Of a stretch of DNA of 64,000 nt, positions 35,143 to 47,854 are shown piece by piece (within the stretch, counting starts at the first letter, position 1; every line of letters begins with the position of its first letter). Source of the stretch: Octopus vulgaris (Eukaryota); contig OX597828.1 in assembly GCA_951406725.2 (NCBI GenBank), forward strand, positions 58,466,001-58,530,000, read 5' to 3'. The notes beneath the pieces were generated by a model. That model made no database searches and had not been told where the DNA came from. It saw only the letters and a program-made list of their open reading frames with translations. A program made the position numbers and the translations under genes.

Positions 35143-35740
35143 AAGGCGACGCGCTGGTAGAGTCGTTAGCAAGCTGGGCGAAATGCTTAGCGGTATTTCG
35201 TCTGCCGCTACGTTCTGAGTTCAAATTCCGCCGAGGTCGACTTTGCCTTTCATCCTTTCGGGGTCGATAAATTAAGTACTAGTTACGCACTAGGGTCGAT
35301 ATAATCCCTTTGTCCTTGTTTGTCCCCTCTGTATTTAGCCCCTTGTGGGCAATAAAGAAATAGGTATTTCGTATGCCGTTACGTTCTGAGTTCAAATTCC
35401 GCCGAGGTCGATTAAATAAGTACCAGTTACGCACTGGCATCGATATAATCGACTTAATCCGTTTGTTTGTCCTCTCTGTGTTTAGCTCCTTGTAAAGAAA
35501 TAGGTAATCCCTTTGTCTGCCCCCCTCTATGTTTAGCCCCTTGTGGGGGTAGTAAAGAAATTGGTATTTCGTCTGTCGTTAGGTTCTGAGTTCAAATTTC
35601 GCCGAGGTCGACTTTGCCTTTCATCCTTTCGGAATCGATAAATTAAGTACCAGTTACGCACTGGGGTTGATGTAATCGACTTAATCCCCTTGTTTGTCCC
35701 CTCTGTGTTTGTCCCCTTGTGGACAATAAAGAAACAGGTT
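35143..35740 (+). mobile_element. head-to-tail concatemer of SINE family B (about 3 units)
   Basis: B-box GTTCAAATT(C/T)C at 35219, 35390 and 35590; units restart at GGTATTTCGT after TAAAGAAAT. Confidence 0.85.
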
Positions 35741-35859
35741 ATTTCCTACCCCCCTCACCCGTCAATCACCGTTTTCCCCCGATTACCTCCCTTCCTTCAC
35801 TCTTCCTCTTCTTCTTCTTACTCTCCTCCTTTCCTTCCTCTTCTCGATTCCTTCCAAAA

Positions 35860-35940
35860 ATGTTTCTCGCCACTTTCGTTCTTTGCATCATCTTTTTCAT
35901 GACTTATTTACCAAAATATGGTTCCGTCATCTCAAGATGG
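35860..35940 (+). CDS. GET1: GET1/WRB exon 1 (start codon, TM1)
   Basis: AAAATG start; MFLATFVLCIIFFMTYLPKYGSVISRW|gtaagt, phase 0 into the coiled-coil exon. Confidence 0.8.
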
Positions 35941-38031
35941 GTAAGTTGGTCCTTTTCCTTCATTTCCGTGCAATCTCTATATTTCTTCTCGTAATGCAAA
36001 ACCATTTTCTCTGTTTTTGTTTACAAAACTGTTTTTCCTCTTTTTCCTGCTTGTTTTTTCTTTCTCTTTCGTTTTTCTGTTCGGCAAAGCATGAACATCA
36101 CAGAATCCCAATTCTTCCAGCCTTAACCTTACACATAGATGATCTTGTGCCTATATGAAAAATAGATCTGCACTACCAATGCTTTACTCCATCGTTTTGG
36201 CTATTTTCTTTTAGCATTCTTTTAATTTTGTCCTGTCTTTAAAAAATCCTTTTTCTCAGAATAAAAGAAAAAAGTAATAATTCTAATAATGAGACGCATC
36301 GCCGGCTTTTATCTTCATCTTTATCTTTATTTCATTCTAACGTAGAAGATATAGAATTAGTTGTGTAACATTAACAGATTCTGCTCAGTCGATCGTTTCT
36401 CGTTTCTCGCATAAAATAACTTGTTTAAACCTCGGAAACAAAATCACTTTTCGGTTATAAATAGTCTGAGGTAAATGCTTGGATGCACGATGATACCCAC
36501 GACCCCGTCTCGGCCCTCGATTATATTTTAATCCTTCTTTTAATGCCCCACCCCCAAAACGCATAAACGTCTCACCACTTTTTTGACTTCTATTAAAATA
36601 TTTCTTACTTTTATGGTTATAAATTATTCTCTTTTAGTTACTACTGTTGTTACTATTAAACATGTTAAATATTTTTCTCATTTTAATTTGGAATTTCTGT
36701 TATTGGTTATCAGTTTTCCAGCTGCCAATAATGGACTCTTAATTGATTATGCTACAAGTACCACCACCAACATGTTTGGCAGGCATCACATTTTATGCTT
36801 CCACAAACACCTCTCTGTATCTTCTTCCCTTACAATACGCTGCTCTTTCATCTACGTAATTCATTATTATTACTAAACCGTCACCTTGTTGGGATAATTG
36901 CGTTTAATTTAACTAAGTTTCAGTCATACTCTTGGCTAATTAGTATATTTCTCTAAACAATGATATTTGGATATTTGGGTAATATAGACGAGGCAACAGG
37001 TTTGGAACATTTGGCGGAAAATCGATCACCAACTTTTTTTTCCACATTAGTGTGAGAGTTGTGGAACTGATGAATGAGGTCGACGTGTATTTCTGGCTGT
37101 CTGATGTATATAAGGAAATTGTGGGCAGAAGAGGAATTTCTGGGTGGATGCTACTATTAAATACCGAGCTTGGGAAAAAGAATAGAGGTGAGAGAAGGAA
37201 AAGGTCGTACATAATTTGTTGCTTTCGAAGCGCGGGGAACCATTGTGGTAGCGATAGAAATATACGAATGTGCAAATGGTTGCAAGTGTATCAGTGAGTG
37301 GGTGTTTACCTGTCAGTTTAAAGGCCTTTTTTTAATGCAGTCTAGAATATGTATGTAGCAGCTGTTTTGTCTTGGTACACATATCTTGGTATGGAGTCAG
37401 TAAGTGTTCAGAGCTGAAGTTGTCGTGCTCCTGTCCGATCTGATCCCGGAGATCTACAACTAAATCCATACAAAATGGGACTATCTCAGCGTTTTTTATT
37501 TTTATTTTTTAAGGCATTCAGGATAACTTAATTTTATTATATGTATCTTCTTTTAAGACAGCATAATGAAACTTGAGAAAAATTTGGCTGCCTTTTCTAG
37601 CAGGTTAAGAACTTTCGTTAACTTGTCATTGCTGTAGTAGCTTCTGGTCCTAGGCTTTTGGCTGTGACACATTTATAATCCCCATGTGCTATTATAAGAG
37701 ATTGTAAGGTGTAACACAATTATAAACTTATAAATTATAAAGCAGAGGGTCTGATTTTAAGGGTCACTTAAAATGCACTCGTGCTGGTTCCACGTAAATG
37801 CACTTGTGCTGGTAGCACACTGTAAAGCGGTTGGTGTTAGAAAAGGGCATCCAGCCATATAAACCATGCCAAAACAGACAATTGGAGCCCAGACTACTCC
37901 AGCTGGCCAGCTCATGTCAAACTGTCCAGCCTAAGCCAGCATGGAGAACAGATTTTAAATAATGATGATGATGATGATGTTTCTAGCAGAAGTTCTCTAA
38001 TTTAGATGTTTTACTGTATATGTAAAAAGAG

Positions 38032-38330
38032 TGGAGGCTCAATGGCCGAGTGGTTAGGGCAGCGGATTCGCGGTTTCGATTCCCAGACCAGGCCTTGTGA
38101 GTGTTTATTGAGCGAAAACACCTAAAGCTCCACGAGGCTCCAGCAGGGGGTGGTGGTGATCCCTGCTGTACTCTTTCACCATAACTTTCTCTCACTCTTT
38201 CTTCTGTTGGCCTGCTCGCTTAGCCAGCGGGGTGGCATCATTTGAAGGCTAAAATAATGCGAAGCGCATTGTGACCAGCGATGTGTAGCAACATCTGATC
38301 TCCTGGTCGGTCACGTGATCACATGATATG
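38032..38330 (+). mobile_element. tRNA-derived SINE (family D-related)
   Basis: GGAGGCTCAATGGCCGAGTGGTTAGGGCAGCGG...GTTTCGATTCC; head similar to the 44253 copy. Confidence 0.7.
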
Positions 38331-39816
38331 TAAAAAGAATCAAAAGTAAAGCTGACATTTAATATGACAACTTTATTAAGTGAAGTACAACTTACAGAGT
38401 CATCTTGGTTAAGGAAAGGCAAATTAGAGGATTTAACAAAATGTACGAAGAGGCTTTCAGCAAAGAGCGAGAAAATGTTTGCCTACAATTTGAGTGTTGA
38501 AGTCCTTCACAGGTCATAAGACTCGTATAGGTATCTCATAATTGGTTGATGGTCATCTTACATGTACTGCCATGATGATCCACCCGATTATTGAAGGTGG
38601 GAATTTCCTGTAGGTATTGTGCACAGTGGTTTTGGTTTGCACAGCAGTACTGCTTAATTCACAATCATAATAATTTCTTAGAGACAAATGCCCTAATTTT
38701 TGGAGAACTGAAAGAATGGACATTCATTTTATTCTCCTCTCAAGACTACAAAAGGCATATGGAAAGTGAATTTACTTTAACTGAAAATTAAAACTACAGT
38801 TGCTGTGTCACTTTGCTTCATTTTGTGGTATCTGCTTCTTCCAATTTCTATTTCCTCTCTGATACATATAGATAGATGGGTGTGGCAACTTTTTTCACAA
38901 AAGATTGTAAATACACAGATAAATGAACATTTAAAGGTAAAGGCCACTTTCTTCTATCATAGTTCAACATTTCTCATGGCACCAGCAGACAAAATGGAAA
39001 AGGTATTGCCCCAGAGGATAACGAGAGAGATGCACTGGAATAGCCACTCTGACTTATGGGGCTTAAACTTGCAGGCAGTCACCTCTGTTCTGATAGCAAT
39101 GAATAGGAATATGGTCGGGGGGGGGGGGGGGCAAGAAAGCCAGAGGTCTCAACTAGCACAGCTCAACCATAAACCTGTTGGAGTGAGACTAATACCATGA
39201 CAGTTTTTTTTTTGTTTTTTTTTACCTCAGCCTGACAAACAGCAGAACCTGGGCTGGTAGTTGACACCACCAGGTTGCTGCTGGTGAAGGTTTCACAGAT
39301 GTGACACCCCAGATGAGGGGCCTACCGCCACGGAATGGGAAAAGCAATTGGTTTACTACATGCTGAAGAGATCAGGGGATAGAAGCCAGGCTAATGTCAA
39401 CTGCCTCTTCCCAGAACTAAAACAAGGGTTTGCATAGGGCCAATACTCCTCCCTAGACAAAAGGCAAAGTTACGGAAGCATCAATGACAATTCAGGGCCA
39501 ACAAAACCAGGAAGAGGTAGGCCTTTTCCCAGGGAAACACAAAATCTGAGAGGAAGTTGCAAGGCCAACACCCCTTCTGGCCACTATGAGACCCACAGGG
39601 AGGGTGGGGCTAGAAGAGGGAGTGCCCTAAAATAGCTGGAGATGGAATGCTGAGAAAGCTACACTAACCTATTAACCCTTCCTTTTTTTTTAATTAATTA
39701 ATTAAAAAGTTTCTAAGATTGTAGGACGTAATTGGAAGGAAATTTCACTGTTGACTGACCAACAGAAGTTAGCAAAGTGAACTCAATAGAAAGTAATAGT
39801 TGTTCCTATACATTTA

Positions 39817-39836
39817 TGATGATGGTGGTGGTGATG

Positions 39837-39867
<31 letters not shown>

Positions 39868-40038
39868 TTCTTCTTCTCCATCTCCTTCCTCTTCTTCTTC
39901 TTCTCCTCCTCCATCTCCTTCTTCTTCTTCTCCATCTCCTTCTTCTTCTTCTCCTCCTCCATCTCCTTCTTCTTCTTCTTCTCCTTCTCCTTCTTCTCCT
40001 TCTTCTTCCTCCTCTTCTTCTTCTTCTCCCCCTCCCCC
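39817..40038. repeat. (CTT/CCT)n compound trinucleotide repeat
   Basis: Polypyrimidine tract with repeated CTCCTCCATCTCCTTCTTCTT units. Confidence 0.95.
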
Positions 40039-40639
40039 GGTGGTATGCCTCCCTTGACAGAGTTCGGGTTCATTAATAACAAGGACATTTAATGCCACTG
40101 CTATTTTCTTGTATGTTTGGACGGAGTCAGTTGGGGGAAGAAAATGTTTTGAGGATGATGCATAATGGAGTGGCTGCCTCTTTGCAAACTGACTGTGGCT
40201 CACAAAATAACAGAATATTTTGTCTGTTGGAATTTTCTGTGCCAACAAACTGCTTACCCACGGTAGTCTTTTATTTTGTGTACTTTGGTTTTATTGTATA
40301 CCTGGTCTCTACCTGCACTGGGGTAAAATGCAAAATTTTGTGCTCTTTCTAGTTTGTTGTGGAGAGATTGGCTGCCCAAGTAATGACTGGTATATGGCAT
40401 TTTTTATAAGCTTAAAGCTTATAGCGCATGCAAATGACTAAAGAAAATGGTCTAATAATGGGGCATATAAGCCCTCAACAGAAAAAAGTAGGCTTTCCCA
40501 TAAGCATGGGATTCGAACCTACATCCCTTTGTTAACACAACTAAGTGTATTACCGATTATACCAAACATTTGATAAAAAATCATTAAGTGAAATGATGCT
40601 CACCAATTACCTTATCGAGTCTCTTTAGTTCAATATATC

Positions 40640-40957
40640 CTTTACTTGTTTCAGCCATCTGACTGATGCCATGTTGGGGTTTTAATCAATTTGAAGTGTT
40701 TTAATCAAACAATTTGACGCCAGGACTTATTTATTTATTTATTTATTTATTGAGCCTAGTACTTATTCTGTCAGTCCCTTTTGCCAAACTGCTAAGTTAC
40801 TGGGGCATAAACACATCAACACCAGTTGTCAAACAGGGGTGGGGGACAAACACACACAACAGGTTTCTTTCAGTTTCCATCTACCATATCCATTCACAAG
40901 GCTTGGTCAGCCCAAGGTTGTAGTAGACACTTGCCCAAAGTTCTATGCAGTGGGAAT
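40640..40957 (-). mobile_element. SINE family C, degenerate
   Basis: Similar to 21803-22193. Confidence 0.7.
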
Positions 40958-41002
40958 GTAATTTTTGTCCAGTACCATTCTCTCTTGCTCTGCTCAATTC
41001 AT

Positions 41003-41238
41003 ATTTCTTTATTGCCCACAAGGAGCTAAAACCACAGAGGGGACAAACAAGGACAGACAAAGGGATTAAGTCGATTACATTGACCCCAGTGCGTAACTGG
41101 TACTTAATTTATTGACCCCGAAAGGATGAAAGGCAAAGGTCGACCACGGCGGAATTTGAACTCAGAACGTAACAGCAGACGAAATACCGCTAAGCATTTC
41201 GCCCAACGTGCTAACGATTCTGCCAGCTCCTCACCGCC
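41003..41238 (-). mobile_element. SINE family B
   Basis: Reverse complement of the 35143-35363 unit. Confidence 0.8.
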
Positions 41239-41409
41239 TTTTCTACTCAATTCAGTATTTTCACTTTGATCCCTTCCTGTCATCTTGTAAGCTATCTCGT
41301 TCTCGTTTCTGACTCAACTAATTCTCAACTTTGTATTGCTAACTTATTTCATGTCCAGTCCAGTCCAGTCCAGTCCAGTACTAAATTTGTTTATTCTCCT
41401 CTTTTCCAG

Positions 41410-41575
41410 TTGTGTTGTGTTCTGTTCAAGGCCGATGAAAATGAGCTCAACTTGAGGTCGGAATTAAGAGATCTGAAAACGGAACAGACAACCGTCAGTA
41501 TGTCGGAAGAATTTGCCAGGTTTTTTAAACTGCAGCGTAGGATTGATAAACTTGGTCAAGATATCAAACAGAAAG
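41410..41575 (+). CDS. GET1: GET1/WRB exon 2 (cytosolic coiled coil that binds GET3/TRC40)
   Basis: ttccag|...|gtaaa; LRSELRDLKTEQTTVSMSEEFARFFKLQRRIDKL matches the WRB/CHD5-family motif (M.DEFA...L.R.I.K). Confidence 0.93.
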
Positions 41576-42158
41576 GTAAAGGACTGAACGTTATTCTTAT
41601 ACGTCACCTGTGTTAGTGTTGTTTCAGCCCTGTCTTTGGAATTAGAGCTTTGGCAATGTTAAATGTAGGGTTGGGATTGTTTTGTTTTGAGATGGGGTCG
41701 AGATGGTGTAACCTTGAAGACTAGTGGAAGTACCATGTGAGCTTGTATGTGATGGTATGAAGCTTTTTAGATTACTGAATCAGAAACTAATAATGATGGT
41801 GAGGAGTAGGAGAAGAAGAAAGGTGATGATGATGTGCATATAGATATATATAATCAATAATAATAAAGGGTAAAATATATTAATTAACTAGCAATTAATA
41901 ATTCCACCAAGTAGAATTCGCATGAAAAAGGACCATTTTTCAAATATCGAGTGAATTTCCTTATTTTTCCTCTCTGTCTAAGCGGGTTATTTCGTGTATT
42001 TTGTTTTGTCCGGGAGTCTCTTTTTATAGTAGAGAAATAGCTAAGGTTCTTTAGCTGCTATTTCTAAACTTCGGTATGTGGTAAAGCAAATCTTTGCTGA
42101 ACCCTAATTATATTTATACTCATAATTATAAAATATTATATATATATATATATATATA

Positions 42159-42480
42159 TTGAGAGAGAAGTTGGACCTAAGAAGCATCAGTTGCGGTGTG
42201 CAAGAGAGACGTTTGCGCTGGTATGGCCATGTGGCGAGAATGGATGAAGATAGTTATGTGAAAAAGTTCCACACCCTAGCTGTTGAGGGAATCTGTGGAA
42301 GAGGCAGACCCAGGAAAACCTGGGATGAGGTGGTGAAGCACGACCTTTGAACTTTAGGTCTCACCGAGGAAATGACTAGAGACCGAGATCTTTGGAAGTA
42401 TGCTGTGCGTGAGAAGACCCGGCAGGACAAGTGAGACCATCACCCATGGCAACAGGAAGGGTATCCAGCCATAAAAAAAT
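42159..42480 (+). mobile_element. RTE LINE 3' end inserted in (TA)n
   Basis: QERRLRWYGHVARM...RGRPRKTWDEVV...DRDLWK; stop followed by AGGAAGGGTATCCAGCC. Confidence 0.85.
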
Positions 42481-42680
42481 CTGCTTCAGCTAGTTCATTG
42501 AAACCAGGAAACTGGGCCCATGAGCCTGGCTAGGCTTTAAAAGGGCGCATTTATTATTTTTTTAACATCATTATATCATGTTGACTTGTATGCCAGAAAA
42601 TACAGAAACTATTCTGGCCATTCGTATAGTTATTGAATTATTCTGAGGTTGTAAAAGAGTCTTGATTTAACATTTTGCAG

Positions 42681-42748
42681 GGAATGCACGGAAACAGAAG
42701 ATTTCTGCAATAACAGTTGCAGTCCAGTTTGGAGGGAAGGTTTTACAG
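42681..42748 (+). CDS. GET1: GET1/WRB exon 3
   Basis: ttgcag|...|gttag; 68 nt, phase-compatible; NARKQKISAITVAVQFGGKVLQ. Confidence 0.85.
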
Positions 42749-43057
42749 GTTAGTAAAAGTTTAAAATTCTATTTCTCTCATTCTAAAATAAATACTTTCA
42801 TTGCGTTTGTCTGTCTTTTTCTCTCTCTCTGAATTTCTATTGACACTTCATGGGCAGTGTTAGCTCTTGTTCATATCTCAGCCTGGTACTTTCACATACA
42901 AATGCCAGAGGAATAAAAACACGGGTCAGTTTGCAACCATGTGCTTTTGGTTTCAATCCAACTGCACAGCACCTTAGTCAAGTGTCTTCTATAGCCTTGA
43001 GCCAACCAATGCTTTGTGAGAGAAATTGGTGGATGGAAACCGTGTAGAAGCCCATTG

Positions 43058-43094
<37 letters not shown>

Positions 43095-43112
43095 ATATAT
43101 ATATATATTATA

Positions 43113-43276
43113 ATCATCATCGTTTAGCGTCCGTTTTCCATGCTAGCATGGGTTGGACGGTTCTACTGGGGTCTGTGAAGCCAGAAGGCTTCATCAGGCC
43201 CAGTCAAATCTGGCAGTGTTTCTACGGCTGGATGCCCTTCCTAACGCCAACCACTCCGTGAGTGTAGTGGGTGCTT
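43113..43276 (-). mobile_element. SINE family A
   Basis: Family A core and tail. Confidence 0.75.
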
Positions 43277-43600
43277 TTTACATGCCACCCGCACGTAAAA
43301 TAATAATAATAATAATAATAATATTAGGAAGTAAATCCAAACTTACAGGGAAAAAATTAGATTTAGGATTAAATCAAATTTCACATTTTAAATATATATA
43401 TATATATATATAAAATATATATATATATAAAAAATATAAAAATTTATGAATATAAATTAAAAATTTTAAATTTAAATAATTTAAATTTTAAATTTTATAT
43501 TTTATATATTTTGTATATTATATTATATTTATTTTTATGTTTTGGTTTATGTTTTTCACTGTTTAATTTGCCTAATAGTGGTTTTATCTCTAATTTAATG

Positions 43601-43655
<55 letters not shown>

Positions 43656-44252
43656 GTGCATGTGTGTAGTTGTATTTGCTCTCCCTCTGTTGATGACCTT
43701 TGTTGGTTTGCTTACACCCATGTAATAATAAATAATAAGGTAAGCTAGCAGAATAGTTAGCATGTCAGACAAAATGCTTTTTAAATAGCAACTTGGTTTT
43801 AGGACATTGTATCTAAATTAAAAACAATTATTTTTGCAAGTGATATAGAGGAAGAAGTAACCCCTTCTGACAAGCCAAACTCAGCAGGATTTTATTCTCT
43901 AGAACTAGAACCGTTTCCTGAATTTTGCACTTTCCAGTTACCCTTCTCTAAAAATAAGGTCTGTGTCTGGCCAGAAACCAAATTATAGTCACTTGGGCTT
44001 GGCTGACAGAAATGATACAATACAAGACTTACCTTATGGTGTTTATCTTTGTCCCTCTTCATTCTGAATTCAGGTTTCACTGGATCTGTTAATTCTTGCC
44101 ATCATTTTGGGATCAATAAATAAGTTTTTCTACTAAAGGCACTAAGCTTGAAATTTTGTGGGGAGTGAGCTAGTCGATTACATCGACCCTAGTGTTTGAC
44201 TGGTACTTATTTTATCAGCCCTGAAAGGAGAAAGACAAAGTCAACCTCAGTG

Positions 44253-44553
44253 GAGGCACATGGCCTAGTGGTTAGAGCAGCGGCCTCGCGATCGAGGGAT
44301 CGTGGGTTCGAATCTCAGACCGGGTGATGTGTGTGTTTATGAGCGAAACACCTAATCTTCAGGTGGCTCCGGCAGAAGGTAATGGCAAACTTCTGCTGAC
44401 TCTTTCGCCACAACTTTCTCTCACTCTTTCCTCCTGCATCTTGCAGCTCACCTGCGACGGACCGGCGTCCCGTCCAGGTGGGGAACCTATACACCAAGGA
44501 AACCGAGAAACCAGCCCTTATGAGCCAGGCAGGGCTCGAGAAGCAACAAACAA
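44253..44553 (+). mobile_element. full-length tRNA-derived SINE with 11-bp TSD, nested in an inverted family B SINE
   Basis: A box TGGCCTAGTGG, B box GGTTCGAATC, (CAA)n tail; TSD CAACCTCAGTG at 44242-44252 and 44554-44564. Confidence 0.85.
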
Positions 44554-44793
44554 CAACCTCAGTGACATTTGAACTCGGAATGTAAAACCAGAAAAACTGC
44601 TGCTAAATATTTCGTCCCATGTAGGGATGATTCAACCGGCTTACCACCTTCGTTCAATAATTAATTACCTGACATGATGCAATTAGGGTTGATTTGTCAC
44701 TACCCACCCCTCTCCTGCTTTATTAATTAACTAGCCTCAAGCTAAATTTAGAGATTGTTTCTCATCATTATTTTTATTATTGACAATTTTCAG

Positions 44794-44908
44794 GTTTTGA
44801 CTATGCTGCTCCTATTTTATGTCCTCTATGATCAACCTTTGCTGCAGTTTTCATCTGCTTGGTTCTTCCCGTTTCAAAAGGTTGTAGCTTTTCCCACTGG
44901 TACTGGAG
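44794..44908 (+). CDS. GET1: GET1/WRB exon 4
   Basis: tttcag|...|gtaag; VLTMLLLFYVLYDQPLLQFSSAWFFPFQKVVAFPTGTG (W..P...VAFPT motif). Confidence 0.93.
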
Positions 44909-44965
44909 GTAAGAATTAAAACTTTTTTCAATACATTACCATAAACCAGCAGATAAACCTTGCAA

Positions 44966-45206
44966 TCATCATCATCATCGTTTAACGTCCGTTTTCCGTG
45001 CTAGCACATGTTGGACGGTTCGACTGGGATCTGGGAAGCCAGGAGGCTGCACCAGGCTCCAGTCTGATCTGGCAGTGTTTCTACAGCTGGATGCCCTTCC
45101 TAACGCCAACCACTCCATGAGTGTAGTGGGTGCTTTTTATTATGTGCCAGGGGACGCTGGCAACAGGCACGATCGGTTGATGCTTTTTACGTGCCACCGG
45201 CATGGA
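44966..45206 (-). mobile_element. SINE family A
   Basis: Family A core and (CAT)n tail. Confidence 0.8.
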
Positions 45207-45758
45207 AAATATTTAGTATCTTGACTGTTTTCCCATTTAAAGTCCTCTGCTAGGCACAGGCATGACTATGTAGTTAAAAAACTCGCTTCCTAACCTTGTG
45301 GTTTTCTGTTCAATCCCACTGTGTGGCATCTTGTGCAAGTGTCTTCCACTCCATCCCTGATCTAACCAAAGCCTTGTGAGTGGAATTGGTAGATGGAAAC
45401 TGAAAGAAGCTTGTGTGTGTGTCTGTTTGTCTTGACATCATGTTATAAATGAGTGTTGCTTGTTTCCAGTTTCGCATGAAGAATGCATGGCCATGGGGGA
45501 AATATTACCTTTCTTGGAAGAATGTGAGGGTTGGTGATAGGAGAGGCCAAACAAGATCTGCCTCAATGAATTCTGTCTAACCTCTGCAAGTAAAGAAAAG
45601 TGGACTTTAAAACAAAGTTGGTGATGAAGGAATTGAATTTCATTCTGCTGACATTTAGAGAGTCTAATGTAAAGATCGTACTTGACACATTTCTGAAAAT
45701 AATCTAAATTTTTAATACTGACTTGTGATAACATTTGTAGTTATGTTTCAAGAATTAA

Positions 45759-45972
45759 CCCTTTTGTTACTAACCCAGCCAAAACTGGCTCTGTGGTAAA
45801 CTGTCTTGTTTTCGTAAGTTTTGAATTAGAATATTCCACCAAGCCTTAGTCACAATTTACGTTCCTAACACCAGCTGAATGATAACTAAGTTATTTTACT
45901 AAATCCTTTGTTATATTTAAAGTAACTGAAAGAAACACAGAGCATCTCAAAATAAATAGAGTAACGGAAGGG
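45759..45972. mobile_element. piggyBac-type MITE (TTAA TSD)
   Basis: TTAA|CCCTTTTGTTAC...GTAACGGAAGGG|TTAA. Confidence 0.8.
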
Positions 45973-46079
45973 TTAATGAGTCTGTCTTTTTTTCTTTTTT
46001 TTTTAATGTATTCTGAAATATTAAGATGAATTTTCTTCTTTTATTTTATTTTATCTATTTATTATGTTTTTGGTTTTAG

Positions 46080-46162
46080 GTTCTTTGGGAATTGGATTTT
46101 GGATTTATGTCTGCACTGCCATCATTAATCGGTTCGATCGCTACATGGGATTAATGCAGTGA
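46080..46162 (+). CDS. GET1: GET1/WRB exon 5 (TM3, stop)
   Basis: ttttag|; SLGIGFWIYVCTAIINRFDRYMGLMQ* (GI..W..VC motif); the five exons total 513 nt = 170 aa plus stop. Confidence 0.92.
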
Positions 46163-47854
46163 GGCTCCGTCCTCGACTGAAAGACTGCTACTTCTAGTTC
46201 TTAATAGTGTAACTAGTTTGCTGACAAACTCTTGTATCTTTGAAACATCAGTGCTGAGATGTTGGCAGCATTTCCTGGATTTCTCGTCTGCCAAATGGTT
46301 TCGGCATTTGTTTGACATCAACTGTCCAAGGAAGTTACTCTTGATGGAATTACCATGCTTGCGTTTGCTTCTAATGCTGAACTGTTTAGTGCCTTCTCAG
46401 ATGGTTACTCAATTTATTTTGGTTTTGGTACCAGTGGTTGAGTAGAAGCTCACATCAAAGATGAAGAAAGGTGAAACTGGAGAGAACAAAGAACAACATA
46501 GATAAAAATCAGCAAAAGAAAGTCCTGAAAAATTGCTCCCACTGGAATTTACTGGAATAAATAGTTTGTACATGTCATACATGTATCAAGATAAAAAACA
46601 TTAATTACTTCTAGATTAATTAACTGATTTCTGTTACTGATTGTAAGTTATTGCTACATTTTTTTTTTCAGGCCTTAAAAATTGAAATGAAACTTAAATG
46701 AGGAATTATAATGAAGAAAGAAAGTAGTGCAACTCTGTTGAAATAGGTGGGTTTTGGTGGAATCAGAGTTCTGTGCAGTTATCTCGGTTTTTGATAGGTT
46801 TTTTAAAATTTTTTTTTAGATATAACAAAGAAGAATTAATGCTTTAAACACCTTAAAAGTGCATATGTAGAAGCTTGTGCTACAATCGTTATTTTAGTGT
46901 TTAGTGTATGTATATATATATAGAGAGTGAGAGAGAGAGAGAGAGAGAGATTATTAATACCTTCCTGACAGGCTCTAGGCTTTTTGTACCCTGGTCAATG
47001 ATATCACTGGATGTTGGTGTTTAATTTCTTTTTTCTTTTTTTTTTTGCATCCTACAATATGTAACCCTTACTGGAATCTAAACTTCATCTTATACATGCA
47101 AAGTCCCTATTTCTACTCAGAAATCAACTGTCTAATTAATAAGAGTAACTGTAGGCCAACGAGGGTTGCCTCGCATGTGACCGACTTACAACTTATAAAC
47201 AAATTCTTGCATGTGACCATCCTCATTCTCCATTTGAGTTGAATACTGTTCATAAACCTCAGCCCAATCCTTACATGCTATTACCTATAGCTTTATGTGC
47301 TTCGAGATCTACCGTTCCAAAACAGATTTATTTCACATTCTCTTGAAAGTTTATAAAATTCTTATAACGTCAACAACATAGAAATCTCGCTGGTAACAAC
47401 AGAGTTTCTAAAGTTCAAAGGATTCCTTTGGTCAATTGATTGGATGCCTGTCATTTTTTTTAGGGGATATAGGTTGGTGTCCAGGGGTGACCTTCCATTT
47501 TTTCTATCCAAAAGGATTTTTCAACTATATATTTCTGTGCTGTTATTTATAGCTTTATGTGCTTCGAGATCCAGTGTTCGAAAAATGAATTCATGTTCTC
47601 TCAAAAGTTTATATAACAATCTTATGACATCAACAAAAGATATATATATATATTTATAAAAACAATAATGAGATATAATTTGTGTAGAGTTGACAACAAT
47701 GCATAATTATGTATACATGCAGTAATATAGCAGCAATAAAATAAACATATATATATAATATAAACAGCAATAATAAAACAGCACAAGGTAAACAGATTAA
47801 GAATGTACAGATTGCAATTTAGACAGAATTACATTCTGAGGAAAATTGGTTTAA

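Noticed and set aside
35143-35740. CRISPR-like repeat-spacer array
   Set aside because: Eukaryotic DNA; the units are SINE copies without unique spacers, and there are no cas genes
39777-40248. Poly-L, poly-S, poly-E and poly-K ORFs
   Set aside because: Artefacts of a stop-free trinucleotide repeat
40497-40573. tRNA-like sequence on the minus strand (TGGTATAATCGG, GGTTCGAATCC)
   Set aside because: The acceptor and anticodon stems do not pair properly; at most a decayed tRNA pseudogene or SINE head
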